Assembly (NCBI RefSeq): GCF_009914755.1 | Contig: NC_060935.1 | DNA length: 64,000 nt | Direction: 5' to 3' (one strand) | DNA from: the human T2T-CHM13v2.0 reference genome, Homo sapiens | In this document: piece after piece, positions 26,091 through 44,976 of the stretch | How the letters are laid out: each line of letters starts with the position of its first letter | Position numbering within the stretch: the stretch's first letter is position 1 | Program-made: the position numbers and the translations under genes | The notes under the pieces: model-generated | Database searches by the model: none | Told to the model about the DNA's origin: nothing | The model's input: only the letters and a program-made list of their open reading frames with translations

Positions 26091-27310
26091 TCAGACATAA
26101 AGAGAAAGTTAAAAAGCAGGAGGATGAAGTTTAAGTGTAAAGTTTTATTAGTTTTCTTTTTGCACATTTTTGTGTGTTTATGTAATTGGCGATGTCATCT
26201 GTCTAAAATAATGGATTATAATATTTGCAAGCCTCTTGATAACCTCAAATCAAAAAACAAATACACAAAAAATAAAAAGGAAGAAATTAAATCATATCAC
26301 CAGAGAAAATCACCTTCACTAAAAGAAAGACAGGAAGGAAGGAAAGAAGAAAGAGAAGACCACAAAGCAATCAGAAACAAATTTTTAAAATGGCAGGAGA
26401 TAGTCTCTACTTATCAATAATAACATTGCATGTAAATGTACTAAACTTTCCAATAATATGACATAGAATAGCTGAATGGATGAAAAAAACAAGACCCAGT
26501 GATCTTTTGCCTATAAGAAACACACTTCACCTATAAAGACACATATACACTGAAAATAGACAGAAAAAGATATTCCATGACAATGGAACCAAAAAGAGCA
26601 AGAGTAGCTACACTTATATTAGACAAAATAGATTTCAAGAAAAATATTGTAAGAAGAGACAAAGAAGCCATTATATTAACGATATAGGAGTCAATTCAGT
26701 AAGAAAATAATAACAATTGTAAATATATATGCACCCAACACTGAAGCACCCAGATATATAAAGCAAATATTGGAGCTAAAGACAGTGACAGACCCCAATA
26801 TAGTAATAGCCACACTACTTCAAAGCACTACTTTGAGCATTGGACTAACCTCTCAGACAGATAAATCAACAAAGAAACATCAGACTTAATCTTCACTGTA
26901 CAAATGGACCTAATAAATATTTATAGAACATTTCATTCAATAGCTGCAGAATACACATTCTTCTCCTTAGTATATGGATCATTCTCAAGGAAAGACCTAT
27001 GTTAGGTCACAAGTCTTAAAACATTCTAAAAAACTGGAATAATATTAAGCACTTTCTCTGACCACAATGGAATAAAACTAGGAATCAATAACGAGAAATT
27101 TTGGAAACTACAAATACACAGAAATTAAATATGCTCCTAAATGACTAGTGAGTGAATAAGGAAATTAAGAAGGAAATTGAAAAACCTTTTGCAACAAATA
27201 ATAACGGAAACACAACATTCTAAAACCTATGGAATATAGTGAAAGTAGTAATAAGAGGAAAATTTATAGCTATAAGTGCTTACGTCAGAAAAGAAGAAAA
27301 ACTTCAAGTA

Positions 27311-32487
<5,177 letters not shown>

Positions 32488-35400
32488 AATATAATGATGC
32501 ATCTTAAAAACTAGATAAGCAAGAACAACTGAACCCAAAATTAGTAGAAGAAATAATAAAGATCAGGGCAGAAATAAATAAATTTGAACTTAATACAAAA
32601 AAACCAATTAAACAAAAATTTAGTTTCTTGAAAAGATAAACAAAACTGTGACTAACAAAGAAAAAAAAGAAGAGGACCCAAGTAAATAAAATTAGAGATG
32701 AAAAAGGAGACATTACAACTGATACTACCCAAATTCAAAGGATCATTAGTGGATACTGTGAGCAACTATATGACAATAAATTGGAAAGTCTAGTAGAAAT
32801 GGATAAATTCCTAGACCCATACATCCTACTAAGATTGAACCATGAAGAAATCAAAACCCCAACAGACCAATGACAAGTAATTACATCAAAGCTGTTATGT
32901 TTCCCAGTAAAGAAAAACCCAAGACTTGATGGCTTCACTGCTGAATTCTACCAAACATTTATAGAACTACTACCGACTCTACTCAAACTCTTCCAACAAA
33001 TATAGGAGAAGAGAATACTTCTAAACTAATTCTATGAGGCCAATATTACCCTGATACCAAACCCATACCAAGTCACATCAAAAAAACAAAACAAAATAAA
33101 AAATACAGGCCAATGTATCGGATGAATGCTAATTTAACAATCCTCAACAAAATAATAGCAAATAGAATTTAAGAATACATTAAAAAGATTGTTCATCCTG
33201 ACCAAGTGGGATTTATCCCGGGGAAGCAAAGATGGTTCAACATATGCAAATCAATGTGATATATTATATTAACAGAACGAAGGACAAAAACTATATGATC
33301 ATTTCAAATGATACTGAAAAAGCATTTGATAAAATTCAACATCCCTTTATATAAAAGCCCTCAGAAAACATCATAAAAGCCATATATGACAGACCCACAG
33401 CTCATCTCATACTGAATGGGGTAAACCTGAAAGCCTTTCCCCTTAGATCTGGAGATTTAAGGATATCTGCTTTTGCCACTATTATTCAACATAGTACTGG
33501 AAGTTCTAGCTAGAGCAATCCGACAAGAGAAAGAAATAAAGGACATCCAAATTGGAAAGAAAGAAGTCAAATTATCCTTGTTTGCAGATGATATGATCTT
33601 ATATTTGTATAAACCTAATGACTCCACCAAAAACTATTAGAACTGGTAAACAAATTTAGTAAAGTTACAGGATACTAAATCGACACTAAAAAAATAAAAT
33701 CAGTAGCGTTACTAAATGCCAGTAGTGAACAATCTGAAAAAATTCAAAAAAGTAATCTCATTTACAATATCCACATATAAAATTAAATACCTAGGATTAA
33801 CTTAACCGAAGAAGTGAAAGATTTCTATATGGCAACTATGAAACACTGAGGAAAGAAGTTGAAGACACAAAAAAAGAAAAGTTACTCCACGCTCAAGGAT
33901 TGGGAGAATCAATATTGTTAAAATGTGCATATTATGCAAAGCAATCAATAGATTCAATGCAATCCAAATCAAAATACAAAAGACATTCTTTAAATAGAAA
34001 AAAAATCCTAAAATTTCTATGAAACCACAGAAGGCCCAGAATAGCCAAACTTACCCTAAGCAAAAGTAAAAGAATCACATCACCTGATTTCAGTTACACT
34101 ATAAAGCCATAGTAACAAAATCAGCATGGTATTGGCATGTAAACACATACATAGACCAATAGAACAGAACGGATAACCCAGAAATAAATCCACACACCTA
34201 CTGTGAACTCGTTTTTGACAAAGGTGCCAAGAACATATACTGGGGAAAAGACAATCCGTTCAATAAATGGTGCTGGGAAAACTGGATATCCATATGCAGA
34301 AAAACGAAACTTGACCCCTATCTCTTACCTTGAAAATCAAATAAGAATGGATTAAATACTTAAGTAAGGTCTCAATCTATGAAAGTACTATAAGAAAAAC
34401 ATTACAGAAACTCTAGGGCACTGGACCAGGGAAAAATTTCTTGAGTAATACCCAAAAAGTACAAGCAAACAAACCGAAAATGGGCAAATGGAATCACATC
34501 GAGTTAAAAAGCTTCTGCACAGCAAAGGACACAGTCAACAAAGTGAAGAGATAACCCACAGAATGGGGAAAAAATTGCAATCTACCCATCTGACAAGGGA
34601 TGAATAACCAGAATATATAAAGAGCTCAAACACTGTAGAAAAAAATCTAATAAGTTAATTTAAAAATGGGCAAAAGCTTTGAATAGAAATTTTTCAAAAG
34701 AAGACATTAGGGTGGTAAACAGGCATATGAAAAAGTGCTCAACATCACTGATCAGAGAAATGCAAATCAAAACTACAGTGAGATATCTGCTCAGCCCAGT
34801 TAATATGGCTTATATTCAAAAGACAGACAATAACAAATGCTGGTGAGGATGTGGAGAAAAGGGAACACTCATACACTGTTGGTAGGAATGTAAATTAGTA
34901 CAACCACTATGGAGAAGAGTTTGGAGGTTCCTCAAAAAACTAAAAATACATCTACCATATGATCCCGCAATCCCACTGTTGGGTATATGGCCAGAAGAAT
35001 CTGCACTCCCAAATTTGTTGCAGTACTGTTCACAATAGCCAAGATTTGGAAGCAATCTAAGTATCTATCACCAGAGAAATGGATAAAGAAAACATCGTAT
35101 ATTACACAATGGAAGACTATTCAGCCATTTAAAAAAGGAGGAGATCCTATCATTTTCAACAACATAGATGAAATTGGAAATCATTATGTTAAGTGAAATA
35201 AGCTTGGCACAATCGCATGTCCTCACTTATTTGTGGGATCTAAAAATCAAAACAATTGAACTCATGGACATAGAGGATGGAAGGATGTTTTCCAGAAGCT
35301 GGGAAGGATAGTGGAGGTGTGACAGGGAAGGTGGGGATGGTTAATGGGTACAGAAAAAAGTAGTTAGAATGAATAAGATCTAGTATTTCATAGCACAATA

Positions 35401-37171
35401 GGGTGACAACAGTCAATCGTAATTTAATTATGCATTTAAACATAACTAAAAGAGCATAACTTGTTTGTAACACAAAGGATAAATGCTCAAGGGGGTGCAT
35501 ATCCAATTTTTATTATGTAATTATACAATGCATGCCTGTACCAAAATATCTCATATAGCCCATAAACATACCTGTTACATACCCACACAAATTTTAAAAA
35601 TAATTTTAAAAAAGAAAATTTATATATTTTGTGATATCTAGTTCAAATGTCTTTAGAGTTATACTGAAAAATACATACAGCTTTCTATCTCAGAGCCAAA
35701 GTAATAAAAAATCAAATTAAGTTGAAGAGGTGAATTGGAGACTATTTTGAGTAGGTAATAAAGCAGATAATATGTATAACCTACACTCCTGAACAAGGGC
35801 TCTTTATTTAAAAGTTTTGAAGCTCATGATACAGTGACATTAAAAAAGGGCTTGGTATGACAGAAAAGTCAGGGAGAGGGACCTTCTGATATCTACAGTC
35901 TACGCTATCTGTGGCCCAAATCTACTGTCATCCAAAACTTCAAGGAGCTAGATGTGACTATTTTCCCTGGCATACACATATTTAACTCTGGGAAGATTTG
36001 AGGTTATGCATAGAAAGTTTAAGTTTTATATTTACATAGTTGGTATTTTATGTATTTATAATTTTAAGTACAATTAGGCTTATCAGAGCATATAGTTCGA
36101 ATTTAAAATGTAAAATAGAATAACTGGATTCAAATTTATGATCTTAAAGTAAAATCTAAGTTTATAAACAATTTTGAAACACCTAAGATAACTTCCACTC
36201 AACATATTCCTAACTTTGATATTAGCTTGTGAGAGTTAACTTCAGGTCTAGGAAAATTTTGGTTGAACTCAGATAACTAATTTAGGAAGAAAATTAAAAA
36301 TGATAGATGTATAAATGTAAATGCTTAAAATATTTGAAGGTGTTTACTTAGCTAAGCTTTTAACAGACCAAACATTTTCTAATGACAACTTAAAAACATT
36401 TCTAACATTGGCTAGATTTAAACATTGAATAATAAGATTTTTAGGTTTAAGGAATACATGGAGTTTTAATTCATTATTTTAATAATTTGAATATCAATTT
36501 TTAACTCCAAATGAATCTCAGAAGAAATCTTTCCTGGATTTAAAAGCCAATGTTAAAAGGCTATTCTACCAAAAACTATTCGCAGTTAAACCTTGAATCT
36601 ACATGATATTTATCCCTCTGTATTGTGTAAGATAGAGATCCAAGTTCATTTTTCGTGTATGGATAAACAATTGTCTCAAAACTATTAAGTAGTAGTCTAT
36701 CCTTTCTTCAATGTCTGCTTCCCCATTTGGCCAGTGTTGAAACAATGCCTGGCTGACATAATTACTTCAGTGTCATATAAAGTTTATATATACGATGCAG
36801 CAAATTCTACACTTTTAAGTTTTGTCATTTTGCTATTCCTCATCAAATTTAGAATCAACTTGTTAGGCTCTAAGGAAAATCCTATTGTAATTGCATTGAA
36901 TTATAAAATATGGGGTAAGATTGACATCTCTACAACATTAATAGCACATTATATGTCTTTATTTAGGTCTTCTTAAATGCCTCTCAGAATGTTTCTATAA
37001 TTTTCTTCATTAAAGACGGAAACTTGTTTGTTAGATTTGGTCCCAGGGGCTATTTTGTTATTGTTGTTGGTGCTGCTATAATAGTTTATGGAAATTAGTT
37101 TCTAACTATCTGAGATGTGTAAATCAAAACAAATGATTTTTTTTTACTGATTTCTTTTATTATTTCAGTTC

Positions 37172-38100
37172 TTTTATTTTATTTTTTTAATTTTATTATT
37201 ATGATACTTTAAGTTTTAGGGTACATGTGCACAATGTGCAGGTTAGTTACATATGTATACATGTGCCATGTTGGTGTGCTGCACCCATTAACTCGTCATT
37301 TAGCATTAGGTATATCTCCAAATGCTATCCCTCCCCCCTCCCCCCAACCCCACAACAGTCCCCAGAGTGTGATGTTCCCCTTCCTGTGTCCATGTGTTCT
37401 CATTGTTCAATTCCCACCTATGAATGAGAACATGCGGTGTTTGGTTTTTTGTCCTTGCAATAGTTTGCTGAGAATGATGGTTTCCAGTTTCATCCATGTC
37501 CCTACAAAGGACATGAACTCATCATTTTTTATGGCTGCATAGTATTCCATGGTGTATATGTGCCACATTTTCTTAATCCAGTCTATCACATAAGGACATT
37601 TGGGCTGGTTCCAAGTCTTTGCTATTGTGAATAGTGCCTCAATAAACATACGTGTGCATGTGTCTTTATAGCAGCATGATTTATAATCCTGTGGGTATAT
37701 ACCCAGTAATGGGATGGCTGGGTCAAATGGTATTTCTAGTTCTAGATCCCTGAGGAATAGCCACACTGACTTCCACAATGGTTGAACTAGTTTACAGTCC
37801 CACCAACAGTGTAAAAGCGTTCCTATTTCTCCACATCCTCTCCAGCACCTGTTGTTTCCTGACTTTTTAATGATTGCCATTCTAACTGGTGTGAGATGGT
37901 ATCTCATTGTGGTTTTGATTTGCATTTCTTTGATGGCCAGTGATGATGAGCATTTTTTCATGTGTTTTTTTGGCGGCATAAATGTCTTCTTTTGAGACGT
38001 GTCTGTTCATGTCCTTCGCCCACTTTTTGATGGGGTTGTTTTTTTCTTGTAAATTTGTTTGAGTTCACTGTAGATTCTGGATATTAGCCATTTATCAGAT
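37172..38100 (-). mobile_element. 5'-truncated L1PA3/4-like element
   Basis: T-rich tail, 3' UTR (reverse ggagatatacctaatgctaaatgacgag) and open ORF2 C-terminus 37407-37979 ending [10 protein letters not shown]. Confidence 0.92.
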
Positions 38101-38164
38101 TTTCATATATTAATATTATGTTTGAAAATTTTGCAACTCTTCTTAAAAGTTTTTATTTTAAAAT

Positions 38165-38420
38165 AAACTTTATTAAGGAATAATTTATACATGATAAAAG
38201 GCATCTATTTCAGTATAGAGTTCTATGAGTTTGGAAAAATGTATATAGTCTTGTTACCACCATCATAATCAAGATATAGAACATTTCTATCATCCCAAAC
38301 AATTTTTCACCTCTTTATCAGTCAGCATCACCCCACTCTTTGGCCCAGAAAACCACAAATCTGCTTTCTGTAATTAAAGATTATGCTGTGTGTTCTAGAA
38401 TTTCTCAAACATGAAATCAT
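38165..38420 (-). mobile_element. Old L1 (L1ME/MB-like) 3' end fragment
   Basis: aactttattaaggaataatttatac...aatcaagatatagaacatttctatcatccc. Confidence 0.6.
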
Positions 38421-38689
38421 CCATGTTGTTCCAATAATATCGTTAACCTTTGTGTCCCCGCCAAATCTCAGCTTGAATTGTAAGCCCCATTATCCCCATA
38501 AGTACTACATAGACTGGAGAGCCTCAGCAGGGTAAGCGCCAAATCCTAAAGATGACCTGTTCTCAAGAGGCTGTTGTATGGGGAGCCAAAGAAAGAGTGA
38601 GAAGCCACCAGTGGAGTAGGCAGAAGACTAATAAAGCTTGTTTCTCAAAGGTGTCTGCAGGTTCAGATGTACTTGAGATGAGATGCTTG

Positions 38690-38790
38690 CTGGATTCCTG
38701 GGCTCCAGCCCAGACCTTCAGAATCAACCTTTGGAAGTGAGACCTGAGAATCTAATTTTTTGAAAAAGTTGTCAGGTTATTCTTATGACT
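38690..38790. mobile_element. MER5A fragment
   Basis: gattcctgggctccagcccagacc..cagaatc..gaatctaattttt..caggttattcttatg. Confidence 0.6.
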
Positions 38791-38802
38791 ATCCCTACAG
38801 TA

Positions 38803-40561
38803 CAGGTTTGAGTATCCCTTATCTGAAATGCTTGGAACCAGAAGTGTTTCATATTTCAGATTTTGGAATATTTGCATATATATGCAATTATGTATATATA
38901 ATATGTGGTTATATATATTAATATATATTAAAATATATTTATATATTATATGAAATATATAAAAATATATGTAAAATGAGATATCTTGGGGACAGGACCC
39001 AAGTCGAAACACAAAATTCATTAATGTTTGATATACACTTTATACACATAGTCTGAAGGTCATTTTATACAATTTTAAACAGTTTTTTTATGTAAAAAAA
39101 GTTTTAACTGTGTTTTGACTTCGACCCTTCACATGAGGTCAGGTGTGGAATGTTCCACTTTTGGTATCATATCCGCACTTAAAAATGTTCAGATCTTGGG
39201 GATTAAAGACTTAAATGTAAAACCTGAAACTATGAAACTACGAGATGAAAACATCAGGGAAATGCTTCAGAACATTGGTCTGGGCAAAGATTTTATAGGC
39301 AAAAATCAGAAGCAACAAAAGCAAAAACAAATAGGGTTACATCAAGCTAAAAATCTTCTGCACAGGAAGGAAACAATCAGAGTGAAAAGACAACTTACAG
39401 AATGAGAGTAAATATTTGCAAACTATCCATCTGACAATGGATTACTAACCGGGATATATAAGGGACTCAAACGACTCAATAGCAAAATAACAATCTGACT
39501 TTTAAAATGGGCAAATGATCTGAATAGATGTTTCTCAAAGAAGACATACAGAGGGCCAACAGGTATATGAAAAAAACTTCAACATAATTAATTATCAGAG
39601 AAATGCACATCAAGACCACAGTGATATATCATCTCACCTCAGTTAATATGGCTATTATCAAATAGACAAAAAATAACAAATGCTGGTGAGAATGTGGAGC
39701 AAATGGAACTCTCATACGCTGTTGGTGGGAATGCAAATTAGCATAGCTATCATGGAAAACATTATGGAGATTCCTTAAAAAACTAAACATAGAGCTACCA
39801 TATGATCCAGCAATTCCCACTGCTGGGTATATAGCCAAAAAAAGAAAAAAGAAAGAAAAGAAAAGGTATCAGTATGTCAAAGAGATGTCTGCATTCCCAT
39901 GTTCATTGCAGAACTATTCTCAATAGCCAAGGTATGAAATAAACCTAAGTGTACATCAACAAGTGAATGAATAAAGAAAATGTGCCATATATACACAATG
40001 GAATACTATTCAGCCATTAAAAAACCAAAATCCTGTTATTTGCAGTAACATGGATGAGCCTGGAAGACATTATGTTAACTGAAATAAACCAGGCACAGAG
40101 AGACAAATATTGCATGTTCTCACTCATGTGTGGGAACTAAAACAGTTGACCTTATAGAGGTAGAGAGTAGAATGCTAGTTACCATTCTGGTATGTACCAG
40201 AGGCTGGGGAGGGTAAAGGGGATGGGAGGATGAAGGAAGGTTAGTTAATGGGTACAAAAATACAGTTAGATGGAAGGAAAAAGTTCTAGTAGCACAGTAG
40301 GTGACTGTAGTTAACCATAATTTATTGTATATTTCAAAATAGCTCAAAGAAAAGATCTGGAATCTTGCAACCCAAAGAAATGATAAATGTTTGAGTTTCT
40401 GGATATCCCAATTGCCCTGATTTGATGATTATATATTATATGCATGTATTGAAATATCACATGTATCCCATAAATATGTACAATTATTATGTATGAATTA
40501 AAAAATTCAAATTTTGGAGCATTTCAGATTTTTAATTTTCAAGTTAGAGTTGCTCAACCCA
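38803..40561. mobile_element. Tigger4b/MER46-type DNA transposon split by an L1MA
   Basis: TA|caggtttgagtatcccttatctgaaatgcttgg at the left end; resumes at ~40501 (ttttggagcatttcagattt...gctcaacc). Confidence 0.8.
39199..40505 (+). mobile_element. 5'-truncated L1MA4/5-like element
   Basis: ORF2 3' remnant plus L1MA 3' UTR; degenerate TSD aaaatgttcagatcttg / aaaaattcaaattttg. Confidence 0.85.
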
Positions 40562-42055
40562 TAGAGGGAAATGATGCCGAAACCAAGGCAGAAAATGTTT
40601 TCAATGGAGAAGTGGGTAATATTTTTATTTCTATAGAAAGTTCAAAGTCCACAGCATAGTCAAATAACATCTGTAGTGAAAACTGACCACTGGACTTTGC
40701 AACTAGATTATGTGTAGTCCCTAGTGAGAACAAACATTATAAAGCAGTGGAGGGCAATGCAGGTAAACCAGAGATTTCTTTCTAGATTGCAACCTCCCTT
40801 TTTCTGCAAAAAGAGAAATTGATGGTAAAAATTTGAGACTTTACAAATGTAGGTCTTTCTGCCAATTTTCAATATGATCCATGATTTTTATTTCTATAGA
40901 ACTATGTGTCCTTCTCTCCCCTAAGAAATCAGTAATGCCAAACCTGGTTCTTCTAACCATTTATATATCTTAAGGTACCCTTTAAAAAAAATTACTTTCG
41001 CAAACATGTCTTTTTTTTTCTTTCTAGTTCAAATATAAGGATGTTTTTTCTCTTGATGATTAAATGTCACTAGAATGTATTCTGATGCTGAAGTCTGCTT
41101 ATTATTTTTCTTCTGGAAGCTAAGTATCAATTTTTTGTTTTTAGCCTTTAAGTTCTGGAAAGTTTTCTTCAATTACACTCTTGATAAATTTCTACCTTTT
41201 GTTTCATATCCTCCTTTTGGAAATCTGATTAATCTTGGGTTGCTTCTTCATGTTCTGTCTTCTATAATTTTGCTATCCTCTCTTGAATTGTCATTTTTTA
41301 TTATTTTCTTTTGCAGCTTGTATATGTATAGAGTCTGTTTTCTGTTTCATTAATCTGTTTTTGAAGCATTAATTCTACTACTCAAGATTCCAATGAGTAT
41401 TTGTCACAGAATTTGTCCTGATCTCGTTTCACAATTGCTGCTATTGTCTATCTCCCTGAAAATAGATTACAGCTATTTCCAGAAGATTTGATGTTTCATT
41501 CTTCCTTTCTATGAGGAAAACCAAGCTCATGGATTAGAACTGGTGAAATAGAATTGCTCTTCCCTTTTCTGTTTCTTTTGCATTGACAGTTCCTTATGGA
41601 AGTCAGATTGTTTTCCTTTCTTGCCCACACTTTCTTTAGCTTACTTTGATAATTCTTAGTGATGTGGTAGGGCCATTGCCAATAAATACTCGAAATCTCA
41701 CAGTCCTACCAGTTGCTCTGGTTGGCCATATGAAAAACTGCTTTAAAATCTCATTCTAGTAATTTGCTTTCAGTGGAAAACTCTACACACCTGAGGTTGG
41801 GCTTACTTGTAAGCACTGTAGAAGATCAATGACTGTGAATGACAGCAGAGAGCCTTGTTCACTTCCAACCACTTGATCTACTCAACTGTCAATCAAGTGC
41901 TTCCTTGCAGACTTCAAATTACAGGCTACTTTGAGGCCTCCTTTGTTTTTCACTGTGATCATCCATTTTAAGAAATTTGAAGGCATTAAAAGAAAACATT
42001 GGCTGCTTCGTTAAATCTCCTTGAGATCAGCCTTGAAGATGGACAGTAATGACGC

Positions 42056-42210
42056 AGCTGTGAGTTATATGGTTGTGATCACTCCTGTCCCATCTGTTGC
42101 CAGGACTGATTTGAGGAATCTGACCATCTAAGCAGGTTATTCTTTCTCTTATTTCTCTTGTCTGGCTCCATGTGTTCCATAGACTCAGCATAATTACTTG
42201 AGGGATGACT
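42056..42210 (+). pseudogene. Highly diverged 7SK RNA-derived fragment (5' ~150 nt)
   Basis: Colinear matches to the 7SK 5' domain: tgtgag..atatggttgtga..cccatctgttgccaggactgatttg..atctg..ctaagcaggt..gctccatgtg..ttgagggatgac vs GGATGTGAG..ATCTGGCTGCGA..CCCATTGATCGCCAGGGTTGATTCG..ATCTG..CTAGGCGGGT..GCTCCATGTG..TCGAAGAGGACGAC. Confidence 0.65.
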
Positions 42211-42603
42211 TAAATTATTAAGGAGAAAAATATAATACTGATTTTGTAAAAGGGAGTTTGGGTTAGATTATTTTAATAATATCCCTTAACATATTTGCTT
42301 CTTGGTGTCCAAGCCCTTTTGCAACATGACTGATGCCCCTTCCAACAGGAGGTGAAATCTATTTTCTCAGACCTTGAATCTGGCCTGGCCTCATGACTTG
42401 TTTTGACCAATAGAATGCAACAGAAGCAATGTCATGCGTCCTCAAGGCTAAGCCTTCAGAGAACTTGCCTTGACTTTCACTCTTTTAGGTCACCGCTGGC
42501 TTCTAAACAAACCTGGCTAGTTGCTTTTCTCTGCAGAGAGGAAAAGAAATCACAGGGAGAGAAAGACCCGGTAGAGAGAGTATCAGCTGTTTCAGTGCAA
42601 CTA

Positions 42604-43129
42604 CGGCCATGTGTCACTTAACAACAATACATTCTGAGATGGGACCTGGCCGGGGCTCTGGTGGAGGCATGAGGAGGGAGAATATCAGGAAGAATAGCTA
42701 ATGGATGCTGGGCTTAATACCAAGGTGATGGGCTGACCTGTGCAGCAAACCACCGTGGCACACATTTACCTATGTAACAAAACTGCACATCCCTCACATG
42801 TACCCCAGAACTTAGAATAAAAGTTGAAGGAAAAAAAATACATTCTGAGAAAGGTGTCATTAGTTAATTTCATCATTGTGCAAACCTAGATGATACAGCC
42901 TACCATACGCCTAGGCTGTATGGTAGCCCATTATCCTAGGCCATAAACATGTATATATGTTACTGTACTGAATACCATAAGCAATTGGAACACAGTGATA
43001 AGTATTCGTAAGTCTAACCATATCTAAACATAGAAAAGGTGCCATAAAATACAATATAATAATCTTATGGGACAACCACTGTATAAATGGTTCATACTCG
43101 ACCAAAACATTGTTATACAGCACATGTCT
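42604..43129. mobile_element. Tigger3a/MER7A-type DNA transposon
   Basis: TIR-like ends ccatgtgtcacttaacaac / ttgttatacagcacatg; internal cattctgagaaaggtgtcattag. Confidence 0.7.
42640..42836 (+). mobile_element. L1PA8-10-like 3' terminal fragment
   Basis: atcaggaagaatagctaatggatgctgggcttaatacc...taaaagttgaagg(A)n; perfect 14-bp TSD aatacattctgaga. Confidence 0.9.
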
Positions 43130-43865
43130 TAGTTGGATCCAGTTTATCAGCTGAACATAACCTCATGGCTGGACCACCCAGCCAACCAGCAGAATCCTGA
43201 GATGTAATTGTTGTTTTAGGGATGGTTTCTGACAAAAACACAGGAAACTAGAAATGGATTTAGCCTGGAGTTTCCCAGAAAGCAGAGCCTGAGGCAAAAG
43301 CTTATTCATACCTACTTTTCCAGGGAAAGCAGGGAAGGAGAGAAAGAGACAATACAGGGGTGTGTTACTAAGAAAGTGATCGATTGGTTACCTCATTTTG
43401 GGAAAGCATCTTCTAAGAGGCCATTTGAATTGCTACATCACAGGATAGTCCACCCAGAGGAGAGGCAAAGGAGAAGGGTTTATCTGCTGGCTCCTGTCTT
43501 CCATTAATGAATTAATTTAAAATTTATACCTTATAAAATGTAAACTGCTTCATTCTCCTAGTTTCCCATTTGCAAGAACTGAGCGGGTCCTGGAGAGTTT
43601 CACCCTTGGGTCCAACAGAGATATCTCAATGTGAGGGGAATTGCTCACTGCAAACTGCTATACAGTTGTGCCATTTAAAATGAGTTGCAGCCTATTCAGA
43701 GTTGGTTCCTGCAGCAGAATCTGAGAGTGTGGGACAAGCAGCCAGAGCCCCAGGGTCAAGTAAGGCCAAATAGATCAGAGGTGGTGCATGTGTCTGACAT
43801 AGGACGCAACAGGTATTTGGTAGATTAATGCTGATTGAACCCATAATCAATCAGCAGTTCCTACC

Positions 43866-44289
43866 TGTATTAGTTTGTTCTCACATTGCTATAAAGAAAT
43901 ACCTAAGACTGGGTAATTTATACAGAAAAGAGGTTCAATTGGCTCATGGTTCCGCAGGTTATATAGGAAGCATGGAGGCATCTACTCAGCTTCTGGGGAG
44001 GCCTCAGTGTGCTTTTACCCATGGCAGAAGGCAAAGCCAGAGCAGGCGTCTTACATGGCAGGAGCAGGACCAAGAAAAAGAGGGAGAAGGTGCTACACAC
44101 TTTTACAACAACCAGATCTCATGATAACTCACTCACTATCACAAGAACAGCACTGAGGGAATGGTGTTGAATCATTCATGAGAACTCTGCCCCCATGATT
44201 CAATTACCTCCTATCAGGCTCCATCTCTAACAATGAGGATTACAATGTGACATGAGATTTAGGTGGGGACACAGATCCAAACCATATCA
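43866..44289 (-). mobile_element. MSTB-like MaLR solo LTR
   Basis: tgtattagtttgttctcacattgctataaag...acagatccaaaccatatca; 5-bp TSD ctacc. Confidence 0.9.
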
Positions 44290-44318
44290 CTACCTAATAT
44301 AATCTAATATAAACCTAT

Positions 44319-44803
44319 TGTATTATTCTCAACTTCTATAAAGACATACCTTAGACTGGGTAATTTATGAAGAAAAGAGTTTTAACCAGCTCATGTTTCT
44401 GCAGGCTGTACAGGCTTCTGCTTCTGGAGAGCCCTCAGGAAAGTTACAGTCATGGTGGAAGGTGAAGGGGAAGCAGCAACATCTTACATGGCCAGAGCAG
44501 GAGGAAGAGAGGGAGAGATGGGGAGAGGGAGAGAGAGACAGAGAAAGGGAGAAACAGAGAAAGGGAGAGACAGAGAAAGGGAGAGGGAGAGAGAGACAGA
44601 GAAAGAGGGAGAGAGAGAAGGAGAGACAGAGCATGGAGGTACTACACACTTTCAATCAGATCTTGTGAGAACTCTATTATGAAAACAGCAAGGGGGAAGT
44701 CCATCCCCATGATTCAGTCACCTCCCACCAGGTCCCTTCTCCAATACTGAAGATTACAATTCAACATGAGATTTGGGTGGAGACACAGAGCCAAACCATA
44801 TCA
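44319..44803 (-). mobile_element. MSTA-like MaLR solo LTR with internal GA-rich expansion
   Basis: tgtattattctc...acagagccaaaccatatca; 5-bp TSD cctat; purine tract ~44497-44632. Confidence 0.9.
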
Positions 44804-44976
44804 CCTATCTGATATAAGACTGTAGAAGCCTATAACAAAACTACACACATGCATACCCTATACACAAAACTCTTAGATTACAATGATATGACTTTCATCA
44901 ATCTGTATTTAGATAATTTTTAAAGATGTTTTTCTCCTTCAAAAAATATGAAGTTTCTATTTCATTGTAGAAGTGA

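Larger units (their letters stand above)
42259..43250 (+). mobile_element. MLT1 (MaLR) LTR interrupted by a Tigger3-type element
   Basis: ccttgaatctggcctggcctcatgacttgttttgaccaatagaatg; resumes at ~43132 (cagccaaccagcagaatcctgag...ttgttgttttag). Confidence 0.65.

Noticed and set aside
37407-37979. 190-aa ORF, the longest in the window
   Set aside because: C-terminus of L1 ORF2 in a 5'-truncated L1PA copy
44365-44682. E/R-rich and S/L-rich ORFs
   Set aside because: Translation of a GA-rich simple repeat inside an MST LTR
43866-44803. Paired MST LTRs as one provirus with deleted interior
   Set aside because: Each LTR has its own distinct 5-bp TSD
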